Positions 25,017 through 38,577 are shown, numbered from the stretch's first letter. The stretch is 64,000 nt of DNA from Octopus sinensis (GCF_006345805.1 NC_043016.1:18600001-18664000); one strand, 5' to 3'. The notes: generated by a model from the letters alone, not told the origin. Program-made: numbers and translations.

Positions 25017-25593
25017 AGTTTTAAAATGATTTTTCATATTACGTCATTTTTCGGTCCAGTCACATGACTTGGAGCCTATTGCCGATGTAAATTGAGGTAT
25101 GCCCGTATTTGTTAGTGGCTGGTGACTGACATTAATGTTTGTTTAAATCTATGCGTCAGTGTTTGATCACCGAAATAAAGCTGCGTTTAAATTAGGCCGG
25201 CCTATCAAATATTTAAGTTATATAAGTTACCTTACACGTGCTTACAACAAACAAACAGAAGACCAAATTATTGGTTTAGCTGTGATTATATATATATACG
25301 TTTATGTATATGTGAACGGTTGAGTGTGAAGGTAAGATATGTGTTCGTGTGTATGTTCGAGTGTACTTCCATTGAAATAGGTACGTGTGTTTCCAGGCAT
25401 GTGTATGATTATACACGTATACACTCATACATAAACGTACACATATATATGTATATGCGCATGTATCTAATTAGTAATTATATAATATATGACTACGAAT
25501 TACAAACATGATATATATAATTATTTAATATATAATTATGCGTGTGTTGTGCGTGCAAATATCCGTATATATGTTTGTACACGCACACACACA

Positions 25594-25638
<45 letters not shown>

Positions 25639-25706
25639 GTTTGTACACACACACACAAACACACACACACACACACATATATATATATGTTTGTACACAC
25701 ACACAA

Positions 25707-25738
<32 letters not shown>

Positions 25739-25765
25739 CTATCTATATATATATATATGTTTTGT

Positions 25766-25820
<55 letters not shown>

Positions 25821-26070
25821 CGCACCTATACATTATGTATTATGTAACGTGTTTGCGAGGTCACATGCGTGGCAAAACTACTAAGCTAAAAAATGTACCA
25901 GAGCTCAATGGTTAGGTAGAGCGAATATTTTCTGTATTGCGTTTATATTCTTAGCGTTCAGTGTTCTGCTTTTTAAAGTTTTATATCCTTAGGGTGTTCA
26001 TTAAAGGAGAATGCACCTGTCTGAACAGCTGTTTTCTCACAATTGAATGTTTTTTTTCTTTATATTATAA

Positions 26071-26474
26071 CTAGCAGTATCGCCCGGCGTTGCTCGGGTT
26101 TGTAAAGGAAATAACTATATAAGCCTTTTTAGAGAGTTATAGCAAAAAAAAATAAATAGCAAAAAAATGCATTAAAAATGGGAAAAAAATGATGGTAAAT
26201 TTTTTTTTAAATCGTTGACTCATCGTAGACATTTTTAGAGAGTTACTTCCCTTATATAATAGCGAAAAAAATGCATTAAAATGGAAAAAAATGATGGTAA
26301 TTTTTTTTTAAATCGTAGACTCATCGTAGACGCGCGCTAATACCCAGAAGGGCTCGATATGAATCACGACTATAAGATACCCGGTTTTGGTTAAACTGCA
26401 CCGCAAAATGTGGGAGTAGTTAGGAATCTAAATCGTAGGAGACAGACACACAACTTCACTTTTATATATAAAGA
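26071..26474 (-). mobile_element. Non-autonomous Helitron, same family, with ~100-bp internal duplication
   Basis: Same termini and body as 11011-11310. Confidence 0.8.
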
Positions 26475-26599
26475 TCTTCTATTTCACATTTCATAGTTCC
26501 TGCGTTCGGTTTATGGGATGTCTTCATTTATACACATAGTACTCATAAGCAGATACTCACATGCACAAGCCGGTGCAAAATCTCATACGCGAATGCATA

Positions 26600-26995
26600 C
26601 TTTGCAGGCTTGCGAAATGCTTTGCGGTATTTCGTCTGCCGTTACGTTTTGACTTCAAATTTCGCCGAGGTCGACTTTGCCTTTCATCCTTTCGGGGTCG
26701 ATTAAATAAGTACCAGTTACGCACTGGGGTCGATATGATCGACTTAATCCCTTTGTCTGTCCTTGTTTGTCCCCTCTATGTTTAGCCCCTTGTGGGTAGT
26801 GAAGAAATAGATATTTCGTCTGCCGCTACGTTCTGACTTCAAATTCCGCCGAGGTCGACTTTGCCTTTCATCCTTTCGGGATCGATTAAATAAGTGCCAG
26901 TTACGCACTGGGGTCGATATGATCGACTTAATCCCTTTGTCTGTCCTTGTTTGTCCTCTCTGTGTTTAGCCCCTTGTAGTCAATATAGAAATAGG
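26600..26995 (+). mobile_element. SINE-C tandem array (two ~183-bp body units plus the start of a third)
   Basis: gtatttcgtctgccg recurs at about 26628, 26811 and 26994. Confidence 0.85.
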
Positions 26996-26999
26996 TATT

Positions 27000-27620
27000 T
27001 CGCCCGTTGCTTACTTTGGGTGTGGTGCTAAGTGCACCGATTATTATAGGAATAATTGTCGTCTTTAGACTTCCATAATCTTTTTGACTTTCTAGCCAAA
27101 TCCTGATATTTTTCAATTTTTTTCAATATTTTTGATACCAAGTCTGCTATCAGAGAGAACTGCAAAATCTATAATCTCACACTGTTTATTTTGTTCCCTT
27201 TGATCATATCGGATCTCCTAGCTTCAATAGTATGGTAGTCTTTACAGGGAAGTGTCACAAAATCCTGTAATTCTTATAAATCACAGCCTTTGGATTGTGC
27301 TCGCTATACTTTTCTGTTATTTCCAAGACACACACTCGGCTAACATTCCAATGTTCCCTTTTACCTATTCAGTCTTATCTCTGTTTACACATTAATTGTG
27401 CTAGTTCATTGCATTCTCTCAAGAGATGGTTAATGCTTTTATCGTCTTTCCCACTAATCTGCGTTCGCTCTCAAACCGAGTTCTGTCAACATTTGCCATT
27501 TATCAGATCCGCCATAATGGCTTGTTCCTTGTAGATATCTTTGCGTGTATTTGTTTCTCTTTATATTTGTTCGGGATGCATGGAAGAGATGGTGTTCTTA
27601 GGCTGTTATTGCTTTAGTCG
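27000..27620 (-). pseudogene. Degenerate R4/Dong-like CCHC-RLE fragment
   Basis: Translations SINHLLRECNELAQ, IEARRSD..IIDFAV..IEKYQD and LKTTIIPIIIGALSTTPK, with stops and frameshifts. Confidence 0.7.
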
Positions 27621-27674
27621 CGTTTAGGTTGATGGACATTACTTTCTTGGTGACTTTTCATTTACTGAAAGTGA

Positions 27675-27691
27675 ATGTGCTGCATGGAGCA

Positions 27692-27752
<61 letters not shown>

Positions 27753-27758
27753 TTATTA

Positions 27759-27831
<73 letters not shown>

Positions 27832-27855
27832 ATTATTATTATTATTATTATTATT
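27675..27855. repeat. (TTA)n tract, landing site for TAA-anchored elements
   Basis: Directly visible; similar tracts at 19910-19969, 22927-23030, 30729-30817, 37147-37330. Confidence 0.95.
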
Positions 27856-28300
27856 GAGTGAGAGGGCAGCGCATGCCATCAAAGTGACACTGGGGGTGAA
27901 ATATACGAAGCCCACTATACCCTTCGTGACTACCCGTCTGATAAGGGTACACCAGGCACATGCATCACAACCATATGTGCGCGACATGGTGATCTCATAT
28001 CAAGATAAACAGCACATGACCTTGCAGGTGGGGCCCAGTTAGAATTTTCTTCAGGTTGAGTAGCCCATCCCGCTCAAACGGCCCCTGAATAAGGGTTGTT
28101 TAAGGATGTTGAAAGAACCACCCATGTTTCCAGAGGTGAAGTATTCAAACCCTAAAAAATCCCTCTCAACACATGGCTATGATGCTCCCCCACTACTTCT
28201 GCTCTTGATCAGAGATGCACATATCATCAGCCACTAAGGGACATGCTCAACTGGTTAAGGTCAAACAACTGACAAGCAAATCTGTGGTATTGAGCAGAAT
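27856..28300 (-). mobile_element. (TAA)n-anchored repeat, copy lacking ~110 bp of 5' end
   Basis: Shares the 3' end (ctctcactc-aataat); truncated at gagcagaat, then ATT tract. Confidence 0.8.
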
Positions 28301-28311
28301 TATTATTATTA

Positions 28312-28367
<56 letters not shown>

Positions 28368-28530
28368 GAGTGAGAGGGCAGCGCATGCCATCAAAGTGAC
28401 ACTGGGGGTGAAATATACGAAGCCCACTATACCCTTCGTGACTACCCGTCTGATAAGGGTACACCAGGCACATGCATCACAACCATACGTGCGTGACATG
28501 GTGGTCAAATATCAAGATAAACAGAACATG
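28368..28530 (-). mobile_element. (TAA)n-anchored repeat, 3'-terminal ~160-bp fragment
   Basis: Same 3' end, tandem with the previous copy in the same ATT tract. Confidence 0.8.
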
Positions 28531-28949
28531 TCCAGTTGGTCTTTTCAGTTTAATATTTTTTTCTTTATTTCGTTTGAGCAGTAAATAATATGTAGTGATC
28601 ATTTTATGATGAGGAGTGAGTTATTAACCGTTAATTTTTTTTAGCTTATTACTGTTTAATGCGGATAAATTAGAGACATAGGTAGGTCAGACATAGACCC
28701 TTATTGATCAAACGCATTGTTTCTACATCATTGTTGTTGTTTTTCTTCCTGATGGCCAACAGCAATGCTTGGCATTGGTTGCTCTATATTTTTGCGTGGT
28801 TTTCCTTTCTTTACTGTCTTTTGTGTGTATTCTGAAAGTTGAGTTGGAGTAGTCTGCAACTATTAAGAGTTTTTTCATCTGTATGTGTGGTAAATATTCA
28901 TGTTGTCGAGTGTGATGGCTGGTTGTAGTTGGTGCGCGCTTGTATCTTT

Positions 28950-29200
28950 TACTTTTTACTTGTTTCAGTCATTGGACTGCGACCATCCTGACAAATATTA
29001 GTTGAATGAATCGGCACTAGTACTTATTCATTTTTTAAAGCCTGGTAGTTCTTCTCTCGGTCTTTTTGCCGAATAGCCAAATTACGAGGACGCAAGCACA
29101 CGAACGCTGGTTGTGAAGCTGTGATGGTGGGCGTGAGACAGACACAAAAACACACACAATCATAAACACACACACACACACACATGCACGCACACACAAA

Positions 29201-29232
<32 letters not shown>

Positions 29233-29246
29233 CACACACACACACA

Positions 29247-29312
<66 letters not shown>

Positions 29313-29478
29313 TATATACGACGGGCTTCTTTCTGTTTCCATCTACCAAATCCACAGACAAGTCTTTGCTCGGCCGAAGTTATAGTAGAACACACTTACT
29401 GAAAATTCCTGTCGGTGGGACTGAACCCTGAACCAGGTGGCCGAAAAGCAAACTTCTGAGTACATAGCCACACCTGCA
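28950..29478 (-). mobile_element. SINE-A, diverged
   Basis: Both halves around (CA)n(TA)n. Confidence 0.75.
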
Positions 29479-29901
29479 CTTGGAGATTAATTTGGAACAA
29501 GCATTGAACTGGGATGGAGTAGTTTTGCTGCAGTGTCTACAAATTGACCGGAGAACGTGAGTGTGATGACCTCTGCGAATAAAAGTGTCTGTATGCTTTT
29601 GTAGAGGTGTGGGAAGGTGATTCGTGGTTTGTTTAAAAAGAGTGGGTGAACGGAACAATCCTTGTATACTTCATTCATGAAATTTCAGGCTATAAAAATA
29701 TTTCCTTTTACACTACATAGGCTTGGCGCCTGAATTTTCAGTTTTCCAGTCAGCGTTTTATGCATTTTCTTAAGTATTAAATATTGTTTTTTTATGATTT
29801 GTATGCAGTGGGCAATGGAGTCAGAAGCCTCGTAGATGTCACTGGTTGTTAGTACGATAAATGTGGGAGGTTTTTCTTTTCTTTCTGTTATTAGAGTCAC
29901 A

Positions 29902-30150
29902 GACGTGGCTGTGTGGTTAAGAATCTCGCTTTGCGATTGACGGGTTCAGTTTCATTGCGCAGCACCTTGGGCAAACGTCTACAAATTACTGTAGTCTCAG
30001 GCCGACCAATACCTTATAAATGAATTTCTTTGACGGGAACTTTGTGGGAGCTCGTCGTACATGTATGTATATGCGAGTGTGTCACTGTGTTTGTGTTTGT
30101 CCATCGTTAACCAACAGGCGGTTCAACAAAAGATACCGGTAAAATAAATA
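29902..30150 (+). mobile_element. SINE-A, diverged and 3'-truncated
   Basis: gtggctgtgtggtta...ccttgggcaa...ggccgacc. Confidence 0.65.
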
Positions 30151-30175
30151 CCAAACTTAATAATAATAATAACAA

Positions 30176-30728
30176 TGCCCTGATGCAGTGCCAGGCCGTG
30201 GCTCAGGTGGCTTCTGATCTTAACTAATTGGCAGTCTTATCATGTACATTGTTTTGTCTTGGTATAAAAGATGGGGTACAGCAAATATTCTGCTCAATAC
30301 CACAGATTTGCTTGTCAGTTGTTTGACCTTAACCAGTTGAGCATGTCCCTTAGTGGCTGACGATATGTGCATCTCTGATCACGAGCAGGAGTAGTGGGGG
30401 AGCATCATAGCCATGTGTTGAGAAGGATTCTTTGTGGTTTGAATAATTCACCTTTGGAAACACGGGTGTTTCGTTCAACATCCTTAAACAACCCTTATTC
30501 AGAGACCTTTTGAGCGGGATGGGCTACTCGACCAGAAGAAAATTCTAACTGGGCCCCACCTGCAAGGTCATGCATTGTTTATCTTGATATTTGACCACCA
30601 TGTCGCGCACGTATGGTTGTGATGCATGTGCCTGTTGTACCCTTATCAGACAGGTAGTCATGATGGGTATACTGGGCTTCGTATATTTCACCCGTGTCAC
30701 CTTGATGGCATGCGCTGCCCTCTCACTC
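30176..30728 (+). mobile_element. 553-bp non-coding (TAA)n-anchored repeat, apparently full-length copy
   Basis: (AAT)n on both sides; same sequence at 27856-28300, 28368-28530 and 36341-36893 (minus). Confidence 0.8.
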
Positions 30729-30817
<89 letters not shown>

Positions 30818-31215
30818 GTTCTGGCGTCAATTCGTTCAACTAAATCAGGGGTTCGCAACCATTTTTCTTTTATCTATGGCTCCTCTTTATTTTATTCTGG
30901 TGGACCCCATAGCCATTCTATGTTTTCTAGAAACTTCTTTCGAAATTCCTCCTGTTTTGTTTTTCTCACTCATCAGCTTTGGTGGTAGTGGTGGTGGTGG
31001 TGGTGGTGGTACTGGTTGTTATAGTGATGATGGTGGTAGTGGTGGTGGTGCTGGTGGGGTGGTGGTGGTGGTATTAGTAGTGGTGGTGGTGATGCTAGTG
31101 GTAGTAAGAGTTGTAATGGCGTGTCGGTAGTAATAGTAGTAGTGATGGTGGTGATAGCAATGGTTATTGTGGTGATAATAGTGTGGTGACAGCATCATCA
31201 TCATCATCATCATCC

Positions 31216-31248
<33 letters not shown>

Positions 31249-31490
31249 GTAGTAGTAGTAATAGTAGTAGTAGAGTAGTGGTGATGGCAGTAGTTGTAGT
31301 GGTTATAGTAGTAATGGTAGTATTGACGTTTGTGTTGGTAGTAGTAGTTCCATTTTCAACTGTTATTTGGTTCCAGGCTCAGCTTGACTGCGCACAAATC
31401 TATGATTAAAGTTGTTCCAGCCACGACCATCCTGTATATCAACTAGAGGTATCCATGAACTACACTTTTGTCCCGCTTAACACCCTAAAA

Positions 31491-32131
31491 CAGTGGTTCT
31501 TAAAGCGGGTGGTACTGCCCCCTCTGGGTGGGGGTGGGGAAAGGTCCAAAAAGTCGTTCAAGAAAAACGTAGAGTGGCCAAAAGGGGGCGGCGAATATAA
31601 AGAAAAACAATAAAATAATAAAATTTAAAAAAAAATAATGGGTTAATTAGGCTAAGTTTTATTTGTGAAATGTGAAGGCGCGTTGCTAAGTGGTTAGAGT
31701 GTTTAGCTCATGATCGTAAGGTCGTGAGTTCAATACCCGGCGACGCATTGTGTTCTTGAGCAAGACACTTTATTTCACGTTGCTCCAATCCACTCGGCTG
31801 GCAAAAATGAGTAGTACCTGTATTGTAAAGATCCAGCTTTGAAACAGATGTAATGCTCTCCCTGAGAACTATGTTAAGGGTACACAGGTCTGTGGAGTGC
31901 ACAGCTACTTGGACGTTGATTTCACCACGGGCAGGCTGTTACGTTGATTGGATCAACTGGAACCCTCGCCGTCGTAACCGACGGAGAACCAGTCATTTAT
32001 GAAATACAGTTGTTTTGAATTTGATGCAGAAAGTAGTAAGTTTTGTGGAGGTAAGGTAGTGGAGCGGGGTACTCAGAATACGTCCCGAGTGCCACGAAGG
32101 CCGGCAGCCTGATAAAGTTTGGGAACCACTG
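31491..32131 (+). mobile_element. hAT-like MITE interrupted by a SINE (31674-31990)
   Basis: TIRs cagtggttcttaaa / tttgggaaccactg; flanks ccctaaaa / ttctaaga only partly match. Confidence 0.6.
31674..31990 (+). mobile_element. SINE-B, head 1 + tail C
   Basis: Head as at 2276; tail aagggtacac...cgtcgtaaccgacggag. Confidence 0.85.
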
Positions 32132-32870
32132 TTCTAAGACATCAATCGGGTGGGGGGGGGCTGCATTTATTTTTTAGAGAGAAAATTCGGCTTTTATTTC
32201 TAGCAGACTGAAGTACCACGAAGAGGCACTCGCCTTAACTTGGTGTTGATATGTTTGCGTGAGCATGTGTGTTGACGGGGTTAAGAGTTGATTGATGAGG
32301 TGCTGTCTTTGTTGTTGTTGTTGTTGTTGTGGCTGTGTTATGTTGCTGTTGTTGTTGTTGTTGCTGGTATACATGGTGGTGAAGATGATGGTGGTGATGA
32401 TTTTTGTTTAATAATAGAGGCTAATGATGTTGGTTGTGTGAAAAGGTGTCGGTGAAGGTGGAATAGGATAAGAGGTGACGAAGAATTTCAGCTCTTGTCA
32501 GCAGTGGTATTTAGAACGCGTATATTACAAGACAGTAAGAAAAAAATGAATAAATAAAAAAGAAAGAAACCCCTTCCTCCAGACACTCACCCCCTACACA
32601 CACACTCACTAACACTTACAAACAGACACGCCCTCACACAAATCACATTAAACTGTACACGCACGTACAGGTACATATACATACGTACGCATACACACGT
32701 ATAATAACGTATGCACTTACATGTTTATACGTAATACATGGAAATACAGATGAATTCATTCATCCTTACATACATACATCCATACATGCATACATACATA
32801 CATACATACATACGTACATACATGCATACATACATACATGCATGCATGCATGCATACATACATACATACA

Positions 32871-32904
<34 letters not shown>

Positions 32905-34500
32905 CCTACTCACATGCATACGTACACGCGTATAAACACCCAGCCGTCCACACATACTTATATATACATACAAATACATACTTTCATACACACAGACATA
33001 TAAATAAACATTCAGCAATCCAGACTTAAGATCTAAACATACCTATACATACATGCATATATACATACATAGATACGTATATACATACATGAATAATATA
33101 CGCACACACACACACACACACACATACACACACATACACACACACACACATACACACACATACACACACACACATACGTACTTACTACTATGATGGTTGT
33201 CTTGTAGTTATCGAGTGTGGCAACCTTTTGAACTTTCTTCCCCGTTTCCTTTCAAGATGTAGTGCCTTCCTGTCGTGAGTTGTCACGTTGACAAAGGCAT
33301 ATACCAATATAACAAGACATGGACTCCACCCTAGGCACTTCGTCAGAGGGCGCAGCCGCGCGGGGTATCCGATAAAATCACGTCTGCTTCCACCTATAAT
33401 ATACCATCCGTGTATCTCCCAATGAACAAAGACGCCATTGAAATGGTGTTTCATTGTCGAAGATGCATATAATATTATCCAACTGCTGCAAAGAACACGT
33501 CCGCCATTTATTTGTGTCTTCAAAAAGCTTAAAAATTATGCTTATAAAAAGAAAAAAAAACTGAAGTACATCTATTCTTGTTTGTCACGGGCGTTTGATT
33601 AAAAAAGTGACCATATAGAGTGAATCAAGGATAAATGAATTACAGAACATACGGGAAAAAATAGATTTTGCTCCGAGACCGCAAATCGGCCCGAGCATTG
33701 TGTGATTGGTCGCTAGAGCAAACGTTTGTGGCCCAAGCCAATCTGTGTTATCACAGATCAGTTCGTAATAAGTGTAACCAAGTTTACAATTGGTGTACCG
33801 CATTATCTTGGTTCATTAATGAATGACTCCAGAAGTTTGTTGTGAGAAATGTCTATGGAATACATGTGACACTTTTTTAATGTCTGAAACTATTAAAGAT
33901 GGAGAAAGAAAGAAAAGTAAGCTGGACCAACAAACACAACGAGTTATAGCGAAGCGTATCCTACAGCCATTTAGTTTCTATGTACACGGACACAGGTATG
34001 AGACGGTTTGGCAACGCGTAGTTAGCATTGCTGATTCAACGCTGACTTATTTGACATTTTAATGTTCCCCTCGTTCTCTCCTTCCTCTGTCTCTGTTTAC
34101 AAATGCGACAAACATAACAAAATAGTTATGTATGATGTCACTCTATCTCTCCCTCCCCCTTCCTTTTCTCTGCATGTGTATATTTTTGTGCTCCTGCGTG
34201 TGCGTTTACCTCTAGCGCCAAAACGTACAGTCTTCAAAACAAATTAGATATCCAGGCGACCGGGGCCAAATGGTCAACGTTTAAACAACTGCGCCCTATC
34301 GTCTCACCCGGACTGAAATGCACAATATATATGCATGTAGATATACACTTTACTGGGTTGCCAATGACCCGCCTGAATTCATTCACCGGTAGTTTTAATT
34401 TTTGCCCTGCAGGTTGTTAATATATATCTTTCCTCAGAAATATATGAATATATAATTAATAAGGAAGGGGCATTTAGAGAATCTAACACAAGATACATAC

Positions 34501-34538
<38 letters not shown>

Positions 34539-34554
34539 CATAAATACATTCATT

Positions 34555-34897
34555 CATACATACATAAATACATTCATACATACATACATACATACATACA
34601 TACATACATACATACATACATACATACATACATACAAAAATATCCTGTTCTTGATGTTGAAATTCCAATGAAGGAGCCTTGAATCTAAGCTAGAACCGGC
34701 TCTTTCTCGATTGGCAAGAAATCTTGAAATAAAACTAAATAATGACATGCATACATACATACATACATACATACATACATACATACATACATACATACAT
34801 ACATACATACATACATACATACACACACAACATACATACATACACAACACACATACATACATACATACATACATACATACATACATACATACATACA

Positions 34898-34929
<32 letters not shown>

Positions 34930-34940
34930 CATACATACAT
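34555..34940. repeat. (TACA)n tracts flanking a ~110-bp unique core
   Basis: Directly visible; another (TACA)n tract at 32765-32900. Confidence 0.9.
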
Positions 34941-35497
34941 GCGTAAATACATACATGCATGCATACATACATGTAAACGAGTATATACACACATTCATAA
35001 ATGCTGACGTAAGTGTGTGCTAAAGTATACGATTCGAAATTAAAATGGAGCATTGATAGAAGTAAAAAAATTAGAGAAAAAAAGTAAAAGAAAGTTGTTT
35101 AATCCATTGATCATTATTTAGAAAACGAAGTGAATACATTGGAATGTCTCTTTTCATATTCTTGTTTATTTTTCTATTTTGTGGCTTCGTTTCTTTTATT
35201 TATTATTTATTTGCTGTTGTTGTTGTTGTTGTTGTTGCTGTTGATATTGTTGCTGTTTAGGGGAGTTCCTTAGTTGTGGACAAATTCTCTACGTACTTGT
35301 TGACTGGAGACATACATCTTCGAATAGATAAAAAATAAAGTAAATATATATATTATAACAATGAATAATAAAAAGTAAATTAAATTGAGAAGAAAGACAT
35401 AAAGGAGAAGAAAAGGAGAAAGGCAGTAAGGAAGGAAGGCCAAACAGAAAAGCAAGCAAGACAGGTAAGGAAGTCAGGAAGAAAAGAGATCTGTATA

Positions 35498-35547
<50 letters not shown>

Positions 35548-35802
35548 ATATACATGTGTGTGTTTGTGTTTTTGCTTGTATGAATTATGCGATTGACGTA
35601 GATTAACGAAAGCAGATCATAAATGCTTAAAAGGACTAAAGTTGTATATACAAATAAAAATACAGCGATGAATAAACAGATAATTAGATGAAAAAATAGA
35701 TTTAGTATTAAAATAAAAAATAAAAAAATGGAGAAATATTGATAGACTTAAGAAAATGGCAGATAAATAAGCAGAAAGACTGGCAGACGGATAGATCTAA
35801 AA

Positions 35803-36113
35803 GACTCCGCCGGTTACGACGTCGAGGGTCCCAGCTGATACGATCAACGGAACAGCTTGCTCGTGAAATTAACGTGCAAATGGCTGAGCATTCCACAGAC
35901 ACGTGTACCCTTAACGTAGTTCTCGGGGATAATCAGCGTGACACAGAGAGTGACAAGGCTGACCCTTTGAAATACAAGTACAACTCAGCTGAGTGGACTG
36001 GAGCAACGTGAAATAAAGTGTCTTGCTCAAGGACACAACGCGTCGCCGGGAATCGAACTCACAACCTTACGATCATGAGCCGAATGCCCTAACCACTAAG
36101 CCACGCGCCCTCA
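35803..36113 (-). mobile_element. SINE-B, head 1 + tail C
   Basis: Reverse complement of 31674-31990. Confidence 0.85.
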
Positions 36114-36340
36114 CGACGGATAGATAAGGAAAATGTATTTACAGCATTAATAAATATATGAGTGGAATGAGTATGTGACTGTATGTGTGAATACCTTAAC
36201 CACTAAGCCACACGCCTTCACATATATATACACATACATGCAAATATATATGTAGCATAAGCACACACACACATGCATATACACACAAGCACACACATGC
36301 ACACACTATTGTTGTTGTTGTTCTTATTATTACTATTATT

Positions 36341-36893
36341 GAGTGAGAGAGCACTGTATGCCATCAGATTGACACTGGGGTAAAATATAAGAAGTCCAGT
36401 ATACCCATCATGACTACCCGTCTGATAAGGGTACACCAGGAACACGCATCACAACCATATGTGCGCGACATGGTGAGCTCGTATCAAGATAAACAGCGCT
36501 TGACCTTGCAAGTGGGGCCCAGTTAGAATTTTCGTCTGGTCGAGTAGCCCATCCCGCTCAAAAAGTCCCTGAATAAGGGTTGTTAAAGGATGTTGAACGA
36601 AACACCCATGTTTCCAAAGGTGGATTATCGAAACCCCAAAGAATCCCTCTCAACACATGGCTATGATGCTCCCCCACTACTTCTGCTCGTGATCAGAGAT
36701 GCACATATCGTCAGCCACTAAGGGACATGCTCAACTGGTTAAGGTCAAACGACTGACAAGCAAATCTGTGGTATTGAGCAGAATATCTGCAGTAGCCCAT
36801 CTTTTTATACAAGACAAAACAATGTACATAATGACACTTCCAATCAGTTAAGATCAGAAGCCATGAGAGCCACGCTTGGTACTGCACAAGGCA
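36341..36893 (-). mobile_element. 553-bp non-coding (TAA)n-anchored repeat, second full-length copy
   Basis: Reverse complement of 30176-30728 with the same two ends; ATT/GTT repeats flank it. Confidence 0.8.
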
Positions 36894-36951
36894 TATTGCT
36901 GGTGTTGTTGTTGTTGTGCTGTTATTATTATATTATTATTATATTATTATT

Positions 36952-37147
36952 CAGTAGTTTTATTTTTTATAGCGTGCTTCACTTCACTACCGAGCGCAGC
37001 TCTGTGTGCCTCTTGGGTATGTGCTGTGATTTGTTGTGATGCTCTGATGTTTTGTATGGAAAGTGTTCTGCGTAGGATGTGTGCAGTGCCTAGTAGTGCA
37101 ATTTTCTGTATGTATATGGTTTGTAAGTCCTGGTGTTTTTGGTATGT
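36952..37147 (-). mobile_element. 3'-terminal fragment of the same Dong/R4 family in a (TAA)n tract
   Basis: Near-identical reverse complement of about 22730-22926; ATT repeats on both sides. Confidence 0.9.
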
Positions 37148-37282
37148 ATTATTATTATTATTATATTATTATTATTATTTTATTATTATTATTATTATTA
37201 TTATATTATCATCATCATCATCATCATTATTATTATTATTATCATCATCATTATTGTTTATTATTATATTATTATTATATTA

Positions 37283-37328
<46 letters not shown>

Positions 37329-37556
37329 TATTATTATCATTCATCATTATCTCTGTTTTATCCCAAGTGTCTGGCGTACGGACAGTGAAATAATTCGAGT
37401 AACGCTCTGTGTAGTTGTTTTCGGCTTCAATAGAATAATATAAATATAGTTTGTGTGCGTATGTGTATGTGTGTGTGTATACAAATATATATACATATAA
37501 ATGCATGCATATATATCTATACCTCTCTCTATATATACACACAAACACACATACAC

Positions 37557-37589
<33 letters not shown>

Positions 37590-37879
37590 AGTTAGTATTC
37601 ATACAAACACATATTCCTCCTGCTCTAAGCAAGATTTTTTCAATCTTATCATCTTATCATAATATTTATATTTATATATACACCTTACTGGTAATTTTAA
37701 AACACTTCCCCACCAAAACACCCAGCTGGTAATGAATATTACACCGTTATGTTTTGAAAATCGGCCACCCAATCAAATTTAAATACTTATGTGCATTCAA
37801 ATTATATTACATCATATTATATTACATTCACCATAAAGATTTTAATTCAGTTTTTATCACAACATCCCGACGAGTGAGT

Positions 37880-38130
37880 ACGTGAAACTGAGCAGCTGGC
37901 AGAAACTGGCGAGCTGGCAGAGACGTTAGCACGCCGTACGAAATGCGTAGCCGTATTTCGTCTGCCGTTACGTTCTGAGTTCAAATTCCGCCGAGGTCGA
38001 CTTTGCCTTTCGTCCTTTCGGGGTCGCTAAATTTAGTACCAGTTACGCGCTGGGTGTCGATGTAATCGACTTAATCCCTTTGTCTGTCCTTGTTTGTCAC
38101 CTCTATGTTTAGCCCCTAGTGGGCAATAAA
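37880..38130 (+). mobile_element. SINE-C
   Basis: Head and body similarity. Confidence 0.85.
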
Positions 38131-38577
38131 GTATATTACTCTGCCGTTGGTATTCGAGTACAATTTTTGCGAACCTTGTTGTGCTCACCTGTTTATATAT
38201 ATATATATAGCTCAGTAGTTAGAGTGGATCTTATGATCGTGAGGTTATGAGTTCGAATCCCGAACCGGGCTGCGTGTTATGTTCTTGAGCAAGATATTTT
38301 ATTTCACGTTGTTCCAGTTCACTCGGGTGTAGATATAAAGATACACACACACAAAGGGGAGCACATAAGTGCAAAACTAGGAGGAATAAACTTTATATAT
38401 ATATACTGCTGATTTTCTGATTTCTTCCTTTTTAATTTGTATTAACTATTACTTCCAGCGATTGATTAAATGCAGCCAAAAGAAAACTGTATGTCTGACA
38501 AAAGAAACATGGAAAAACGGTGTACTCTGGTAAATGTGTATGAATGTATATACGTCCATATATATATCTACATATAT

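Noticed and set aside
30370-30405. U1 snRNA-like words (tgatcacga, gtagtggggga) in the TAA-anchored element
   Set aside because: Only two short matches with the wrong spacing; no 5' ATACTTACCTG or Sm-site context.
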